Source: a virus. Taken from it: a stretch of DNA of 64,000 nucleotides. How positions within the stretch are numbered: the stretch's first letter is position 1; the number at the start of each line of letters is the position of its first letter. The notes below the pieces were generated by a model. That model ran no database searches and was not told the origin of the DNA. It saw nothing but the letters and a program-made list of their open reading frames with translations. Made by a program: the position numbers and the translations under genes. Positions 16,818 through 26,092 of the stretch are shown one piece after another. The stretch spans positions 1-64,000 of IMG/VR virus record IMGVR_UViG_3300045994_000055. One strand, 5' to 3'.

Positions 16818-19619
16818 GCTAACAAAATACTGCTTCAACCAAACCCAGTCAAACGCTTGTTTGAGCTGGGTTTTATCATGACTGTTGGCAGCATAAAATG
16901 CCACAGCATCCTTAGCACCTTGCAAGCACCATTCGGCATATTCACCTTCTGCTTTGGTTGTCCAAGTTTTAAGCCTATAGCTATTCTCAATAGTAGGAGT
17001 CTCGTCATTGAATTGCGATAGCTTTGCTACTTCACGGAATGCTGTGCGCCAGGTTTGATAAGGTGTAGTATTGAACGCTGCGATAGCAGACACAATAGGT
17101 ACAACTTCATGTGCTGCACTCATTGTATAGTCAATACCAAAGTTTGTCATGTTCTTAACAATGTTGCAGTTATACATAACAATGCCCATGTGCCCGTACT
17201 CCAATCCGTTCATAGGATTGTGTGCATGGAAAATGTAGTGCTTGGGTTGCTGGAACAAGTCAGGTTGGAAAGTAAAGTCAAACAATGGCTCTACGATTGT
17301 TTTTGCAAACACTGCATAGTACCAATGCGTCTTGCTCATCTCTGCTGCCTTCTTAAGCGCATTGTCCATACCTTCCACGCCGTGTAAACGTTGTGCACTT
17401 GGATACTGTGCTTTAAGTATTTCCCAATTTTCATCTGCATCTGTTTCGTCGTACGATATAAAGATAACGTCCATTGGAATACATTCCACTGACTTATTGT
17501 GCGACTTATCAATAAATGGATAATCGTATACTTGAGTCTTTAGGTATTGCTTAATATCACGTGGGATTGCCACACACCCGTTGTCAGCAGTTGCAGAGGT
17601 GGCAGTGCGATCTTTCTGCGTCCACATGCATGGTTCGAATCCTAACCCGCCTGCACGGTTCATAAACATAGCATACGGTCCTTTGAACTCGTGCTTCATA
17701 ATCTCTGCAACTAAGTTATCTGAGTTGTAATGTACGTGCTCGGGATCGTAACGTAATAGCAAGTTGTCTTGGTGGTAGCATATAACGTTGAACCAGTCTA
17801 ATAGCTCTAGCTCTGCCATCTGTGTCTTAACCGACTCTACGTGTATATAGAATGTATCACCACGCTTTTGGAACTCAGAGCCAAAGCAGTGGATCATCTC
17901 TGCTTGCCAAGGCTCTGGCGTCCATGTAAAGTCAAACGCCGTGTACTCGCAGAGTGACGAAGTAACCCAAACGTATTCAGACGTAGTTACGTTCATAATG
18001 CGGCGCAGTGCATCTAGTTGGTTGTCAACAAATCTTGTTACTTTAATACGCGGGTAACGTGACTTTAAAGACATCAGCGATTCATCAGGATTGCCGTGAT
18101 CAACATAATACATGTCAAAGTTGTCATTGCCAGTTTTAACATACTGATCTTTGACAAAGTTCAGGTTAGGAAACTCAGCTAACGTTTTAGCCCATTTGGT
18201 ATGGCGTTCAAATTCCCATTTGTTAATGAGGAATGTGTCACTCCATTTTTCCCATTGTGAGCCAAACACATGGGTCATGTAGCTTTGCCACGGTTGAGCG
18301 TGCCATTCAAAGTTAAAGTCGTCGTATACGTTTTCAGAGCTAATGACCCAAAACTTGCTTGTCTTGGCTTTTGCTATGCAACGCTGTATGGTTTCAAGAT
18401 TGCTATTAACATAGCGGATTTTCTGCGCATTAGGGTACTTTTCAAGCAGTTTCCTGTATCTTTCTGCACTGGAAAAGTTGCTTTTGTCCATGAAGAAGAT
18501 ATCAAGTACTTGCACAGCTTTGCGCTCTTTAGCGAGCAAAGGAGGCTCACCTTCAAACTTAGGCTCGGTTGCACCTGGCACTGTGTACGTTAGTCCCATG
18601 GACATTTGGAACTCTGAACCAAAGTGGTGCACGTATGGCTCGTCTTTTGGGTGTGGTACCCAAGAGAAGTCAATCGCAGTTTGGTCTACTTCTTCTGGTA
18701 TGCTCCAGCGTTCTTTATTGGGCAGTAATTTAGCAACAACTTCATCTACATACTTTAATTCGGTTGCGCCGGGCATCCTATATTCTGCTGTAGGCATGAC
18801 TTGTGACGCATAGTGCTGATTACCAAATACATAAATGTAAGGAGGATCGTAAGGATTAGGTGCCCAAGAGTCGAGTTCGGACGTATCTAACTCAGCATAG
18901 TTGTAATTCCAATACTCATTGATTGCACGTTTGGTGACTATTACTTCTTCGCAATATTTGTAGTCTACTGCACCAGGTACTCTATACTCTACCGTTGGCA
19001 TTGCGACAGACGAATACCATGCGTTACCAAATACATAAATGTAAAGAGGATCGTGTGGGTTAGGCACCCAGGACTTGTCAATTTCCCAATCTATTTCATC
19101 TTTGAGCACAACCCAATTTGCATTGTTTTGTGCAAGCTTGGCAACAATGTCGTCTACGTACTTTGTCTCTGTCGCACCAGTTACCTTGTATGCAATAGTA
19201 GGTTGGATGACACCAGGGTGCCACTGGTTGCCAAACACATAGTTCATAGGAGGATCAAACGGGTTAGGTTCCCAAGAGTAATCAAACTCCTCTATGCTAA
19301 AGTTTACATACCATTGGTTGCCATAGTTAGGCAGACGTCTAAGCACTTGCTGCATGAACTTATATTCTTTTGCACCTTCGGCGACGAAGGTAACGCATGG
19401 CCTATACTCTGCAGGTACCCATTGGTTCCCCCAGGCGTGTATGTAGGCTGGCCCCGGATCTGGACGCCATTCAAAATCGAAGTCAGTATAGTCGCAGCAT
19501 CCGTCTAGTAGCCAAAAGCTGCCAGTGCGGCATTGTGCTTTAGCATCAGCTAAGTCCTTAGCTGGCTTTTCAAACGGAAATAGATATGGTTTTTGGTTTG
19601 TGTAAAATACGTCGAACAT
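16800..19619 (-). CDS. Repeat-containing protein with degenerate glycosyltransferase-like domains
   Basis: 939 aa; five D.SW.PNP.DP.Y.YVFGN.W repeats; C-terminal domain similar to the 32314..33243 protein. Confidence 0.75.
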   Translation of the reverse strand: MFDVFYTNQKPYLFPFEKPAKDLADAKAQCRTGSFWLLDGCCDYTDFDFEWRPDPGPAYIHAWGNQWVPAEYRPCVTFVAEGAKEYKFMQQVLRRLPNYGNQWYVNFSIEEFDYSWEPNPFDPPMNYVFGNQWHPGVIQPTIAYKVTGATETKYVDDIVAKLAQNNANWVVLKDEIDWEIDKSWVPNPHDPLYIYVFGNAWYSSVAMPTVEYRVPGAVDYKYCEEVIVTKRAINEYWNYNYAELDTSELDSWAPNPYDPPYIYVFGNQHYASQVMPTAEYRMPGATELKYVDEVVAKLLPNKERWSIPEEVDQTAIDFSWVPHPKDEPYVHHFGSEFQMSMGLTYTVPGATEPKFEGEPPLLAKERKAVQVLDIFFMDKSNFSSAERYRKLLEKYPNAQKIRYVNSNLETIQRCIAKAKTSKFWVISSENVYDDFNFEWHAQPWQSYMTHVFGSQWEKWSDTFLINKWEFERHTKWAKTLAEFPNLNFVKDQYVKTGNDNFDMYYVDHGNPDESLMSLKSRYPRIKVTRFVDNQLDALRRIMNVTTSEYVWVTSSLCEYTAFDFTWTPEPWQAEMIHCFGSEFQKRGDTFYIHVESVKTQMAELELLDWFNVICYHQDNLLLRYDPEHVHYNSDNLVAEIMKHEFKGPYAMFMNRAGGLGFEPCMWTQKDRTATSATADNGCVAIPRDIKQYLKTQVYDYPFIDKSHNKSVECIPMDVIFISYDETDADENWEILKAQYPSAQRLHGVEGMDNALKKAAEMSKTHWYYAVFAKTIVEPLFDFTFQPDLFQQPKHYIFHAHNPMNGLEYGHMGIVMYNCNIVKNMTNFGIDYTMSAAHEVVPIVSAIAAFNTTPYQTWRTAFREVAKLSQFNDETPTIENSYRLKTWTTKAEGEYAEWCLQGAKDAVAFYAANSHDKTQLKQAFDWVWLKQYFVSLHSEQ

Positions 19620-19634
19620 TTAGACATTGTAGCA

Positions 19635-19838
19635 TTAATCTCTGCCCCAGTCAACCCTGTCCCACAACCGTTCATGTATCCAGTATAGCACGGTGTTAAA
19701 TGATAGTTGAATGAGTGCAATAGTACTCGAGGTAGACAGGTTGCCTAATATGGCATATGATATAGCAAAGGTTGCACCACTGCCGCATATACGCCAGCTT
19801 ATCGTTTTGATAAGTGACCGTTGATTAGACTCATGCAT
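19635..19838 (-). CDS. DUF2061-like small membrane protein
   Basis: ES..RSLIKTISWR...LYWIHERLWDRVDWG; likely ATG at 19838. Confidence 0.8.
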   Translation of the reverse strand: MHESNQRSLIKTISWRICGSGATFAISYAILGNLSTSSTIALIQLSFNTVLYWIHERLWDRVDWGRD

Positions 19839-20256
19839 ACATTTTTGCAGATATGCGGTCAACTATTATCTCGCTCCACCATTTACAATCTTGTGTAGTT
19901 ACCCGAAGATCATATTTTGAAGGAGGAACAAAGACTTTGTTTGTATCTTCATATCGACCTTCTTTGATTGTGTCTACATAGATTACAATATCAGGATCGA
20001 TGTTGGTGCGCATAATAGGCAGCGGACACACCATGTCAATTACGATAATGGACTTGCCTGATGCATCTGCTAAGTCACGCATACGTGTGCTTTGGCGTAT
20101 GCGTCCTTCTTCACTGAAGTCCCAATCTTCATTCTCTTTACGTACTTTGTCGGCATTGAGCCACAGTACACCAGTCCTAAAAAACAGGCCCGAGATCACA
20201 GCTTGCGCTAGTGTAGTTTTACCTGATCCCGGCAGGCCCATTATTAGAACTATCAT
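19831..20256 (-). CDS. cysC: Adenylyl-sulfate (APS) kinase-like protein
   Basis: MGLPGSGKTTLA, NADKVR, DFSEEGR, F.PP motifs. Confidence 0.8.
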   Translation of the reverse strand: MIVLIMGLPGSGKTTLAQAVISGLFFRTGVLWLNADKVRKENEDWDFSEEGRIRQSTRMRDLADASGKSIIVIDMVCPLPIMRTNIDPDIVIYVDTIKEGRYEDTNKVFVPPSKYDLRVTTQDCKWWSEIIVDRISAKMYA

Positions 20257-21740
20257 GAATAAACTTTAACTCCATATTCTTTTTCGAAACGTTGTGCATC
20301 CTTAACGTCATTGACAATAGGTTCGCCGCGAATGTTTAAACTCGTGTTTAGCAGCATAGGACAGCCTGTTATAGCGTACCACGCTTCTAGTAGACCACGA
20401 ACACCAGAGACACAGTCTTTAGGCACTGTTTGTACTCGGCTCGTTCCGTCTTTATGCACTATAGCAGGATACTTTTGCGGCTCACGACATTGTGCAACCA
20501 CTTGCATATAAGGACTAAGTGGCATGTTTTTGGGCATGTCAAAAAATCGATCAACATGCTCTTCCAATATAATAGGAGCAAACGGGCGGAACTTTTGACG
20601 TTGCTTGATTTCGTTTACTTTGTCTTTAATCTCTTTACCACGCGGATCAGCAAGCAAGCTTCTGTTGCCTAGTGCACGTGGCCCAAACTCTGCTTGTCCA
20701 GATGCAACACCAACGATTTGATTTGATAGCAGCTCATTGAGCAGCTTGTCAACTGGGTATGGTCCGGGAATAAAATTGCCCAGGTACGGGTGCTTCCAGT
20801 CTAGCTTCTTTCCGTATGCTAGTGCGGCGGCTCCTAAACTAGAGCCTGCGTCACCTGGGTTAGGCATGATCCAAATATTCTTGAAATATTTCCCAAGGTT
20901 GTTATTGGCGAGACAATTAAGTGCAACACCGCCCATGTATACCAAGTTTTCAGAGTCACCAAGTGCTTGCGCCTTCTTCATTACAGTATAGATTAGTTTT
21001 TCAGCAAGGTGTTGCCCTGCTGCGGCAATATCGTATTTGTTCCATTGTGCAATGTAGTCCCCACATAATCCCATATGCAAATTTCTAGTAAACGTCAACG
21101 TTGCAGGGTCAGAAACTAAGTCTTGCGCAAATGTACCAGCAAGTGAGCTATTACCGTAAGCAGCCATTCCCATCAATATGTATTCTTCGTCCATTGGGCG
21201 CAAGCCTACTTCTTGAGTCAAAGCTGAATACATCAAGCCAATGCTGTGTGGGTATTTTTGCCCCCAAAGTTTTTTGTACTTTGCTTTGCCTTTGTCGTCA
21301 TAGTGTGCGGCATAGATACTAATTGTGTCAAATTCACCAACTGCGTCAATGACTACCACAGTAGCTTTGTCGTACGGACTTGTTTGGAAACCTGCGGCAG
21401 CGTGAGAAAGATGATGGTTCCAGCAAGATGTAGATCCTTTGAAGCTTGTGAAATGTGGTCCGAGTTGTTTGTGCAGGACTTGACTTAGTGTTATCTTACC
21501 CCATTCAATACCTTGACCCGAGTACAATTGACGCAACTGTTTTACTAATGGACGTTCGTAATACGCAATGTGCTCTACATTGTAGTATCCCAAAATATTT
21601 GCTAGGCCAGGGCAAATATTAGGATCGCTTTTCTCTTTTGAATAGCGCTCACTGTGTGACGCATATAAAATTTTACCGTCAGCCCCAATAACGCTTAAGC
21701 CTGCGTCATGAAATCCAGCTGATATTCCTACTATTGGCAT
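20253..21740 (-). CDS. Carbamoyltransferase (NodU/CmcH family)
   Basis: HDAG, HHLSHAA, DAVGE, GGVALN, GDAG, EFGPRALGNRS, FRPFAP, HKDGTSRVQTV, LLNTS. Confidence 0.95.
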   Translation of the reverse strand: MPIVGISAGFHDAGLSVIGADGKILYASHSERYSKEKSDPNICPGLANILGYYNVEHIAYYERPLVKQLRQLYSGQGIEWGKITLSQVLHKQLGPHFTSFKGSTSCWNHHLSHAAAGFQTSPYDKATVVVIDAVGEFDTISIYAAHYDDKGKAKYKKLWGQKYPHSIGLMYSALTQEVGLRPMDEEYILMGMAAYGNSSLAGTFAQDLVSDPATLTFTRNLHMGLCGDYIAQWNKYDIAAAGQHLAEKLIYTVMKKAQALGDSENLVYMGGVALNCLANNNLGKYFKNIWIMPNPGDAGSSLGAAALAYGKKLDWKHPYLGNFIPGPYPVDKLLNELLSNQIVGVASGQAEFGPRALGNRSLLADPRGKEIKDKVNEIKQRQKFRPFAPIILEEHVDRFFDMPKNMPLSPYMQVVAQCREPQKYPAIVHKDGTSRVQTVPKDCVSGVRGLLEAWYAITGCPMLLNTSLNIRGEPIVNDVKDAQRFEKEYGVKVYS

Positions 21741-21741
21741 A

Positions 21742-22383
21742 TTAAGACCATCCTAATTCTTTGATTTTATCTAGCACTTTATTTGCCACGACACGGTGAC
21801 CGTCATCTAAAAAGTGACCGTTTGGCCCTTGGGGAAGCCCGTAAGTCCATTCCGCCATACCTGTCCCTAATATCTCGTCAACAAAATATGTAGCATCCAC
21901 TTGTTTTCGCAACTCAGTGAATTTATGCTTGAATTTATTTTTATAGTATTCGTTACTAACGACCGGCATCATTATATAACGGATGTTGTTTAACTTTAAA
22001 AATGATTGCGCTAAAATAACATTCACTAAGTATTGCTTATAAATGTGTTCGTCATTGTAGTGTTTATTGATGTAGTCAACTAACTCTTTTCGTCCATGTC
22101 GCACCCATTTTCCAGTGTATCCTGGCCATATATCGTATACACCTTCTTCGTCTGCAAACTCCATCCTACCTGGTGACGTCCAACCTATTAGGACTACATC
22201 ATCAGGCGTTGCATGTTCTACTATATTTCGTACTACTTGTGTATTGCCACCGGAAGGTATACCACGGTTATCAACAGTGGCATTCAATTCTGCCGCAACT
22301 AGGCAAGGCCACGCATTGGTGCGGTCCTCTAGTTCTTCACCATATGTAAAGCTATCACCTACGGCTAATATGTTTTTAATCAT
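21742..22383 (-). CDS. SGNH/GDSL-like hydrolase or acyltransferase
   Basis: AVGDSFTYG block I, N.G..GGN, C-terminal GHF...GH. Confidence 0.8.
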   Translation of the reverse strand: MIKNILAVGDSFTYGEELEDRTNAWPCLVAAELNATVDNRGIPSGGNTQVVRNIVEHATPDDVVLIGWTSPGRMEFADEEGVYDIWPGYTGKWVRHGRKELVDYINKHYNDEHIYKQYLVNVILAQSFLKLNNIRYIMMPVVSNEYYKNKFKHKFTELRKQVDATYFVDEILGTGMAEWTYGLPQGPNGHFLDDGHRVVANKVLDKIKELGWS

Positions 22384-22481
22384 TTATAGATAAATGGATC
22401 TCGCTTGCGTAGCTCTTTAAGCTTTTTACGATAACGGATCTCTAATTTGATTCTGTTGTAAAGAGTTTTTAACCAGTTCAT
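22380..22481 (-). CDS. Unannotated 33-aa basic peptide MNWLKTLYNRIKLEIRYRKKLKELRKRDPFIYK
   Basis: Translated by hand; fills the gap exactly, starts 4 nt after the upstream stop and overlaps the next ATG (ATGA). Confidence 0.8.
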   Translation of the reverse strand: MNWLKTLYNRIKLEIRYRKKLKELRKRDPFIYK

Positions 22482-22484
22482 ATT

Positions 22485-23564
22485 TTATTTAAGCAATTTA
22501 ATTTGCTGCTCCATGTAATCTTTGTCAGACCATTTGTAGTCGAATCCACAGTATGCTTGGTTTGTTTCTATGCTGCGAACGTTTAAGTGCCTGCTTAACT
22601 TTTTCCATACACGACGATGGCGGTCTGTTTCAAATGTTCGGCGTAAATCTACTTGTCCTACTTGTGGGTGTCCAATTGTTAATGACTTATCGTTGGGATC
22701 AAAGTTATTTGCAATAAGCCATTGTTTGAATTTCTCAAGTTCTTGTTGCATATACAAGTACGATCCTGGATTCTTCGCCCATTCAATGTCAAAGTCTCCC
22801 GCTGCTTCTGTTTGTGATCGCATTGCCACAGTTATTAACTCAGATACGTTTCTTCCTTCGTCTTGGAATACTTCCCAGTGATGTTTTCCCACTGCTTTGT
22901 TAACCCCCACATAAACTGCACCTTGTGAACGGCAAATGGTATCTACGCCAAATAATTCGTAATCCTCTTCTTCCAATGCAAACCGTGGTGCATTAAGGAA
23001 GCACATTAGTTGGGATGGTCTACGCCACTCTGGTGCATGAATATTTTTCCGCATACTCAACACTAATGACTCATATTCATGACACAACAAATTCAATTGT
23101 CTAATATGCCAACGTGTTGCATGGTCTGCTTTATTGTAGTATTGCGACATTGCGCCGCTTACGCCCTGTAAGTCCTCAAAGTACCTATGCAACCAGTTCA
23201 TTTTGTCGTGAACTATTTTGCACCCTGGCAAATTAGGTTCACCCACTGGCCCAGTAGTAATTGTATTCGCTACTGTGAATGTATCATTGATCTGGTAACC
23301 CAAGTCAGCTGCATTTATTGCTGCGATAGACTCATTCATTCGATTGCACAAAAATTCTGCATTACGCTTAGATTCCGTAAACCCAACAAAGCAGTAATTT
23401 TTTTCTAAATGGTAGTTATTATCCAACAAATGATTTAGTGCTTTAAGCCATTTACGACTTAATGAAGTATCAAAAACATCTACGTAAACTTTTAGCTCGT
23501 GCCCATCATCGGCTGTGAGCACCATTTCGATTTCATCTAACTTCGATTGATTCCCACCACTCAT
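22485..23564 (-). CDS. Hypothetical protein in the modification operon
   Basis: 359-aa ORF; NWLHRYFE and LNLLCHEYE His/Glu helices may bind metal. Confidence 0.8.
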   Translation of the reverse strand: MSGGNQSKLDEIEMVLTADDGHELKVYVDVFDTSLSRKWLKALNHLLDNNYHLEKNYCFVGFTESKRNAEFLCNRMNESIAAINAADLGYQINDTFTVANTITTGPVGEPNLPGCKIVHDKMNWLHRYFEDLQGVSGAMSQYYNKADHATRWHIRQLNLLCHEYESLVLSMRKNIHAPEWRRPSQLMCFLNAPRFALEEEDYELFGVDTICRSQGAVYVGVNKAVGKHHWEVFQDEGRNVSELITVAMRSQTEAAGDFDIEWAKNPGSYLYMQQELEKFKQWLIANNFDPNDKSLTIGHPQVGQVDLRRTFETDRHRRVWKKLSRHLNVRSIETNQAYCGFDYKWSDKDYMEQQIKLLK

Positions 23565-24834
23565 ATGCTTCCTTGCGTTGTTTTAGAATATCACCCATCG
23601 TGTACTTATCGTCGCGAATACGCTCTAATTGTAAAATGCGCCGTTTTCCTGCTTGCTGCGCCAGCTTGTAGGAATCAGGCCATTGTTCATCAAAGGTGGG
23701 ACGATTTTTAAGTTGCACTAAAATATCGTGCATTTCACCCGGCGGGCAGTCTGCGATAATTTCGTCTATCCACGGATGTAATATAGCCCTGGGCATTGCC
23801 AGGGGACTCATCATTATGTCTGGTCCGAAGCTGAAGACGACTTTTGCGAGGACATCAACTCCTTCGCTTCTAGCGAGTTCAAGAATGTTTCTACATTCTG
23901 TGAGTCCCGGGAGGGTAAGAGTAAAATCGATTCGAACTTGTCTGCAGTCACGTCTGAGTCCCTCCGACCCCCTAAAGTTCTCAAGCCATTGATCATAGCG
24001 GAGGCCCGTTCTAATGTACTCCCCAGTTTTTCCCGTTCCGTCAAGGCTTGCACATATTTGCCAATCCCGAAGATGAGCCAAGATATCTGTATAAAGATTA
24101 TCACCTTTAAACTGAATTCGAGATAGGTTAGTATTGTATCGTGCATAAACTTTTGGACCGTCACCAAGCTCAATTATCCTTTTCATATACCGCCAATGTT
24201 GCTCATACATTAGAGGTTCGCCGCCCACCCAATAGACTTCTTCAACTCTATGCTCTTCAACCGCATCACTGAACTCCTGCTCAATCTGCGTATCTTGGAA
24301 CTTACTAATCTCTGCTCGCACACTAGGAATCATCCAGTTGTTCTTAGTGTTTGATAAATCTATCATGTTATGTTGGCGCTGCTCGCTTTCCCACGAACTG
24401 CTCAACATATCCCCGCACATCCTGCATTTAAAGTTACAGAGGTTGGAGAAACGGTAGTCCCAACTAACAGGCTTTACTGTGGTATAGCCCGTTGCGTCAG
24501 TGTTTTCCATTACACTCTCGTACTTATGCCCAAAGAGCTGATTAAAGTAACTGCGGTAAACTGAGGTGTTTAGCATCTTGGAATTGCATACTTCGCACTC
24601 AGGGAGTGTTTCGCCAGCCATCATTCTGCGGCGAACGTCCTTCATGTGCTCACTGTTCCAATGCTGTTCTAGCGTTACGGGGATGTATTTGCCTGTACCT
24701 GCAGAAACATCTATATATTGCTCAAAGTTTTGTGCTGGTTCCCGTGACGCACAGCACATTCTACGCTCAGTTTGCGGGCTAAGATATGTGTGCGTCCAAG
24801 GTGCTAGGCAAAATGTTTCTGGTTTATTGTGCAT
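23533..24834 (-). CDS. N-terminal twitch-domain radical SAM protein
   Basis: FCLAPW...MCC...CEVC, then CNFKCRMC, GGEPL, YNTN, SLDG. Confidence 0.92.
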   Translation of the reverse strand: MHNKPETFCLAPWTHTYLSPQTERRMCCASREPAQNFEQYIDVSAGTGKYIPVTLEQHWNSEHMKDVRRRMMAGETLPECEVCNSKMLNTSVYRSYFNQLFGHKYESVMENTDATGYTTVKPVSWDYRFSNLCNFKCRMCGDMLSSSWESEQRQHNMIDLSNTKNNWMIPSVRAEISKFQDTQIEQEFSDAVEEHRVEEVYWVGGEPLMYEQHWRYMKRIIELGDGPKVYARYNTNLSRIQFKGDNLYTDILAHLRDWQICASLDGTGKTGEYIRTGLRYDQWLENFRGSEGLRRDCRQVRIDFTLTLPGLTECRNILELARSEGVDVLAKVVFSFGPDIMMSPLAMPRAILHPWIDEIIADCPPGEMHDILVQLKNRPTFDEQWPDSYKLAQQAGKRRILQLERIRDDKYTMGDILKQRKEAYEWWESIEVR

Positions 24835-26092
24835 CTAATTTTTGCGCTAATTCAGGGAATGTTTCTTTGAAATGCGTTTTTCGTATTAAATCTAGTTGAT
24901 TCGTTATGTTCTTAAAAATTTCTGCGTTTGTTTCGTCTGTCTGCACATCGCCAAATGCTTTAACTAACTGCACTTGTAAGTAAGCAGGCAGGGTTGCCTC
25001 GTAGCGTTTATGTAATTCGTCCCTGTATTCTTTTGGCAGAATGGCAGGACTATAATAAGCAGGGTCCGTTACAAAATTGTAATGAATGTAACCTTCGTGG
25101 AAAAATTTAGAAAACTCGTCTAGCGAGTCGTAGTTGAGTGCAGAGATAGTCTGCGTAATAGAAACCTCTACACCTGACGCTTTGAGGTTGAGATAGTTTT
25201 CCACAACTGTTTCCCAATCTGTGGGGTAACGTATGTAAGTGTTTTTATCACCCAATGCATCAATGCTGCAAGAGATACGTACCTTCTTAAATGCTGCCCA
25301 CAATGCGTATGCATAAGGAGGTATGTTAGTCATATTGATCGAGTAGTTAAGCTCAATGTTCTTAGCACGGTCAGATATAACTAGGCTCTGCAAAAACTCC
25401 CAATGCTTTTTAATCAGCGTTGGTTCACCGCCATTGATGTAGATGACTTTCAAGTCGCTTGATAGCTGCTCAAGGTCGTGCCAAAATACTGCTGACTCAG
25501 GCCAGTCTAATTCAAACACATTAGAGTTAGCGTAACCAATTGGCCATGTCGTAAAGCGATCACGGTCCATCATCTGGTACTTGTCTTTGAGGAAGTCAAA
25601 TTTCTCTGCAAGCTTTAGATAGTCAGAACGCCATTGCGACGAGCTCAGTGGGTTGCACGTAACGCAACGTAGATTACAGATGTTACCTAGTCGCAGTTCC
25701 ACAAACTCAATACGTGGCGTAATTGATCCGTCTTCTTGTGTAATGCTACGTGCAAGTTCTTCCGTCATGGTAGGGAAGTTACGTGTTTCTCTGACACGCT
25801 TGCTTTCTAATCCCTTTTCCTCTTTGCGGTAGCATCCGCTACACGGTGCAGGTTCTTCACCTGCGAGCATCTGCTTACGCACATTGCAGAAGGAATGGCT
25901 GTTCATCACATCCTGCAAGTGGTTATATTTCAAATTATAAAACGAAGGCTGCCCGTCAAATATAGTAGGATCAGTAATGTCGTAAGAAGCAGAGCGAAGG
26001 CCCGTATGATCAGCCTCGCAGCATAAAGTCACATACCCTGCAGGGTGCGAGGCAATGTGATTCCAAGGTAGTGGACAGAATTTACTTGTCAT
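24824..26092 (-). CDS. N-terminal twitch-domain radical SAM protein
   Basis: FCPLPW...LCC...CSGC, then CNLRCVTC, GGEPT, SIDA. Confidence 0.92.
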   Translation of the reverse strand: MTSKFCPLPWNHIASHPAGYVTLCCEADHTGLRSASYDITDPTIFDGQPSFYNLKYNHLQDVMNSHSFCNVRKQMLAGEEPAPCSGCYRKEEKGLESKRVRETRNFPTMTEELARSITQEDGSITPRIEFVELRLGNICNLRCVTCNPLSSSQWRSDYLKLAEKFDFLKDKYQMMDRDRFTTWPIGYANSNVFELDWPESAVFWHDLEQLSSDLKVIYINGGEPTLIKKHWEFLQSLVISDRAKNIELNYSINMTNIPPYAYALWAAFKKVRISCSIDALGDKNTYIRYPTDWETVVENYLNLKASGVEVSITQTISALNYDSLDEFSKFFHEGYIHYNFVTDPAYYSPAILPKEYRDELHKRYEATLPAYLQVQLVKAFGDVQTDETNAEIFKNITNQLDLIRKTHFKETFPELAQKLDAQ

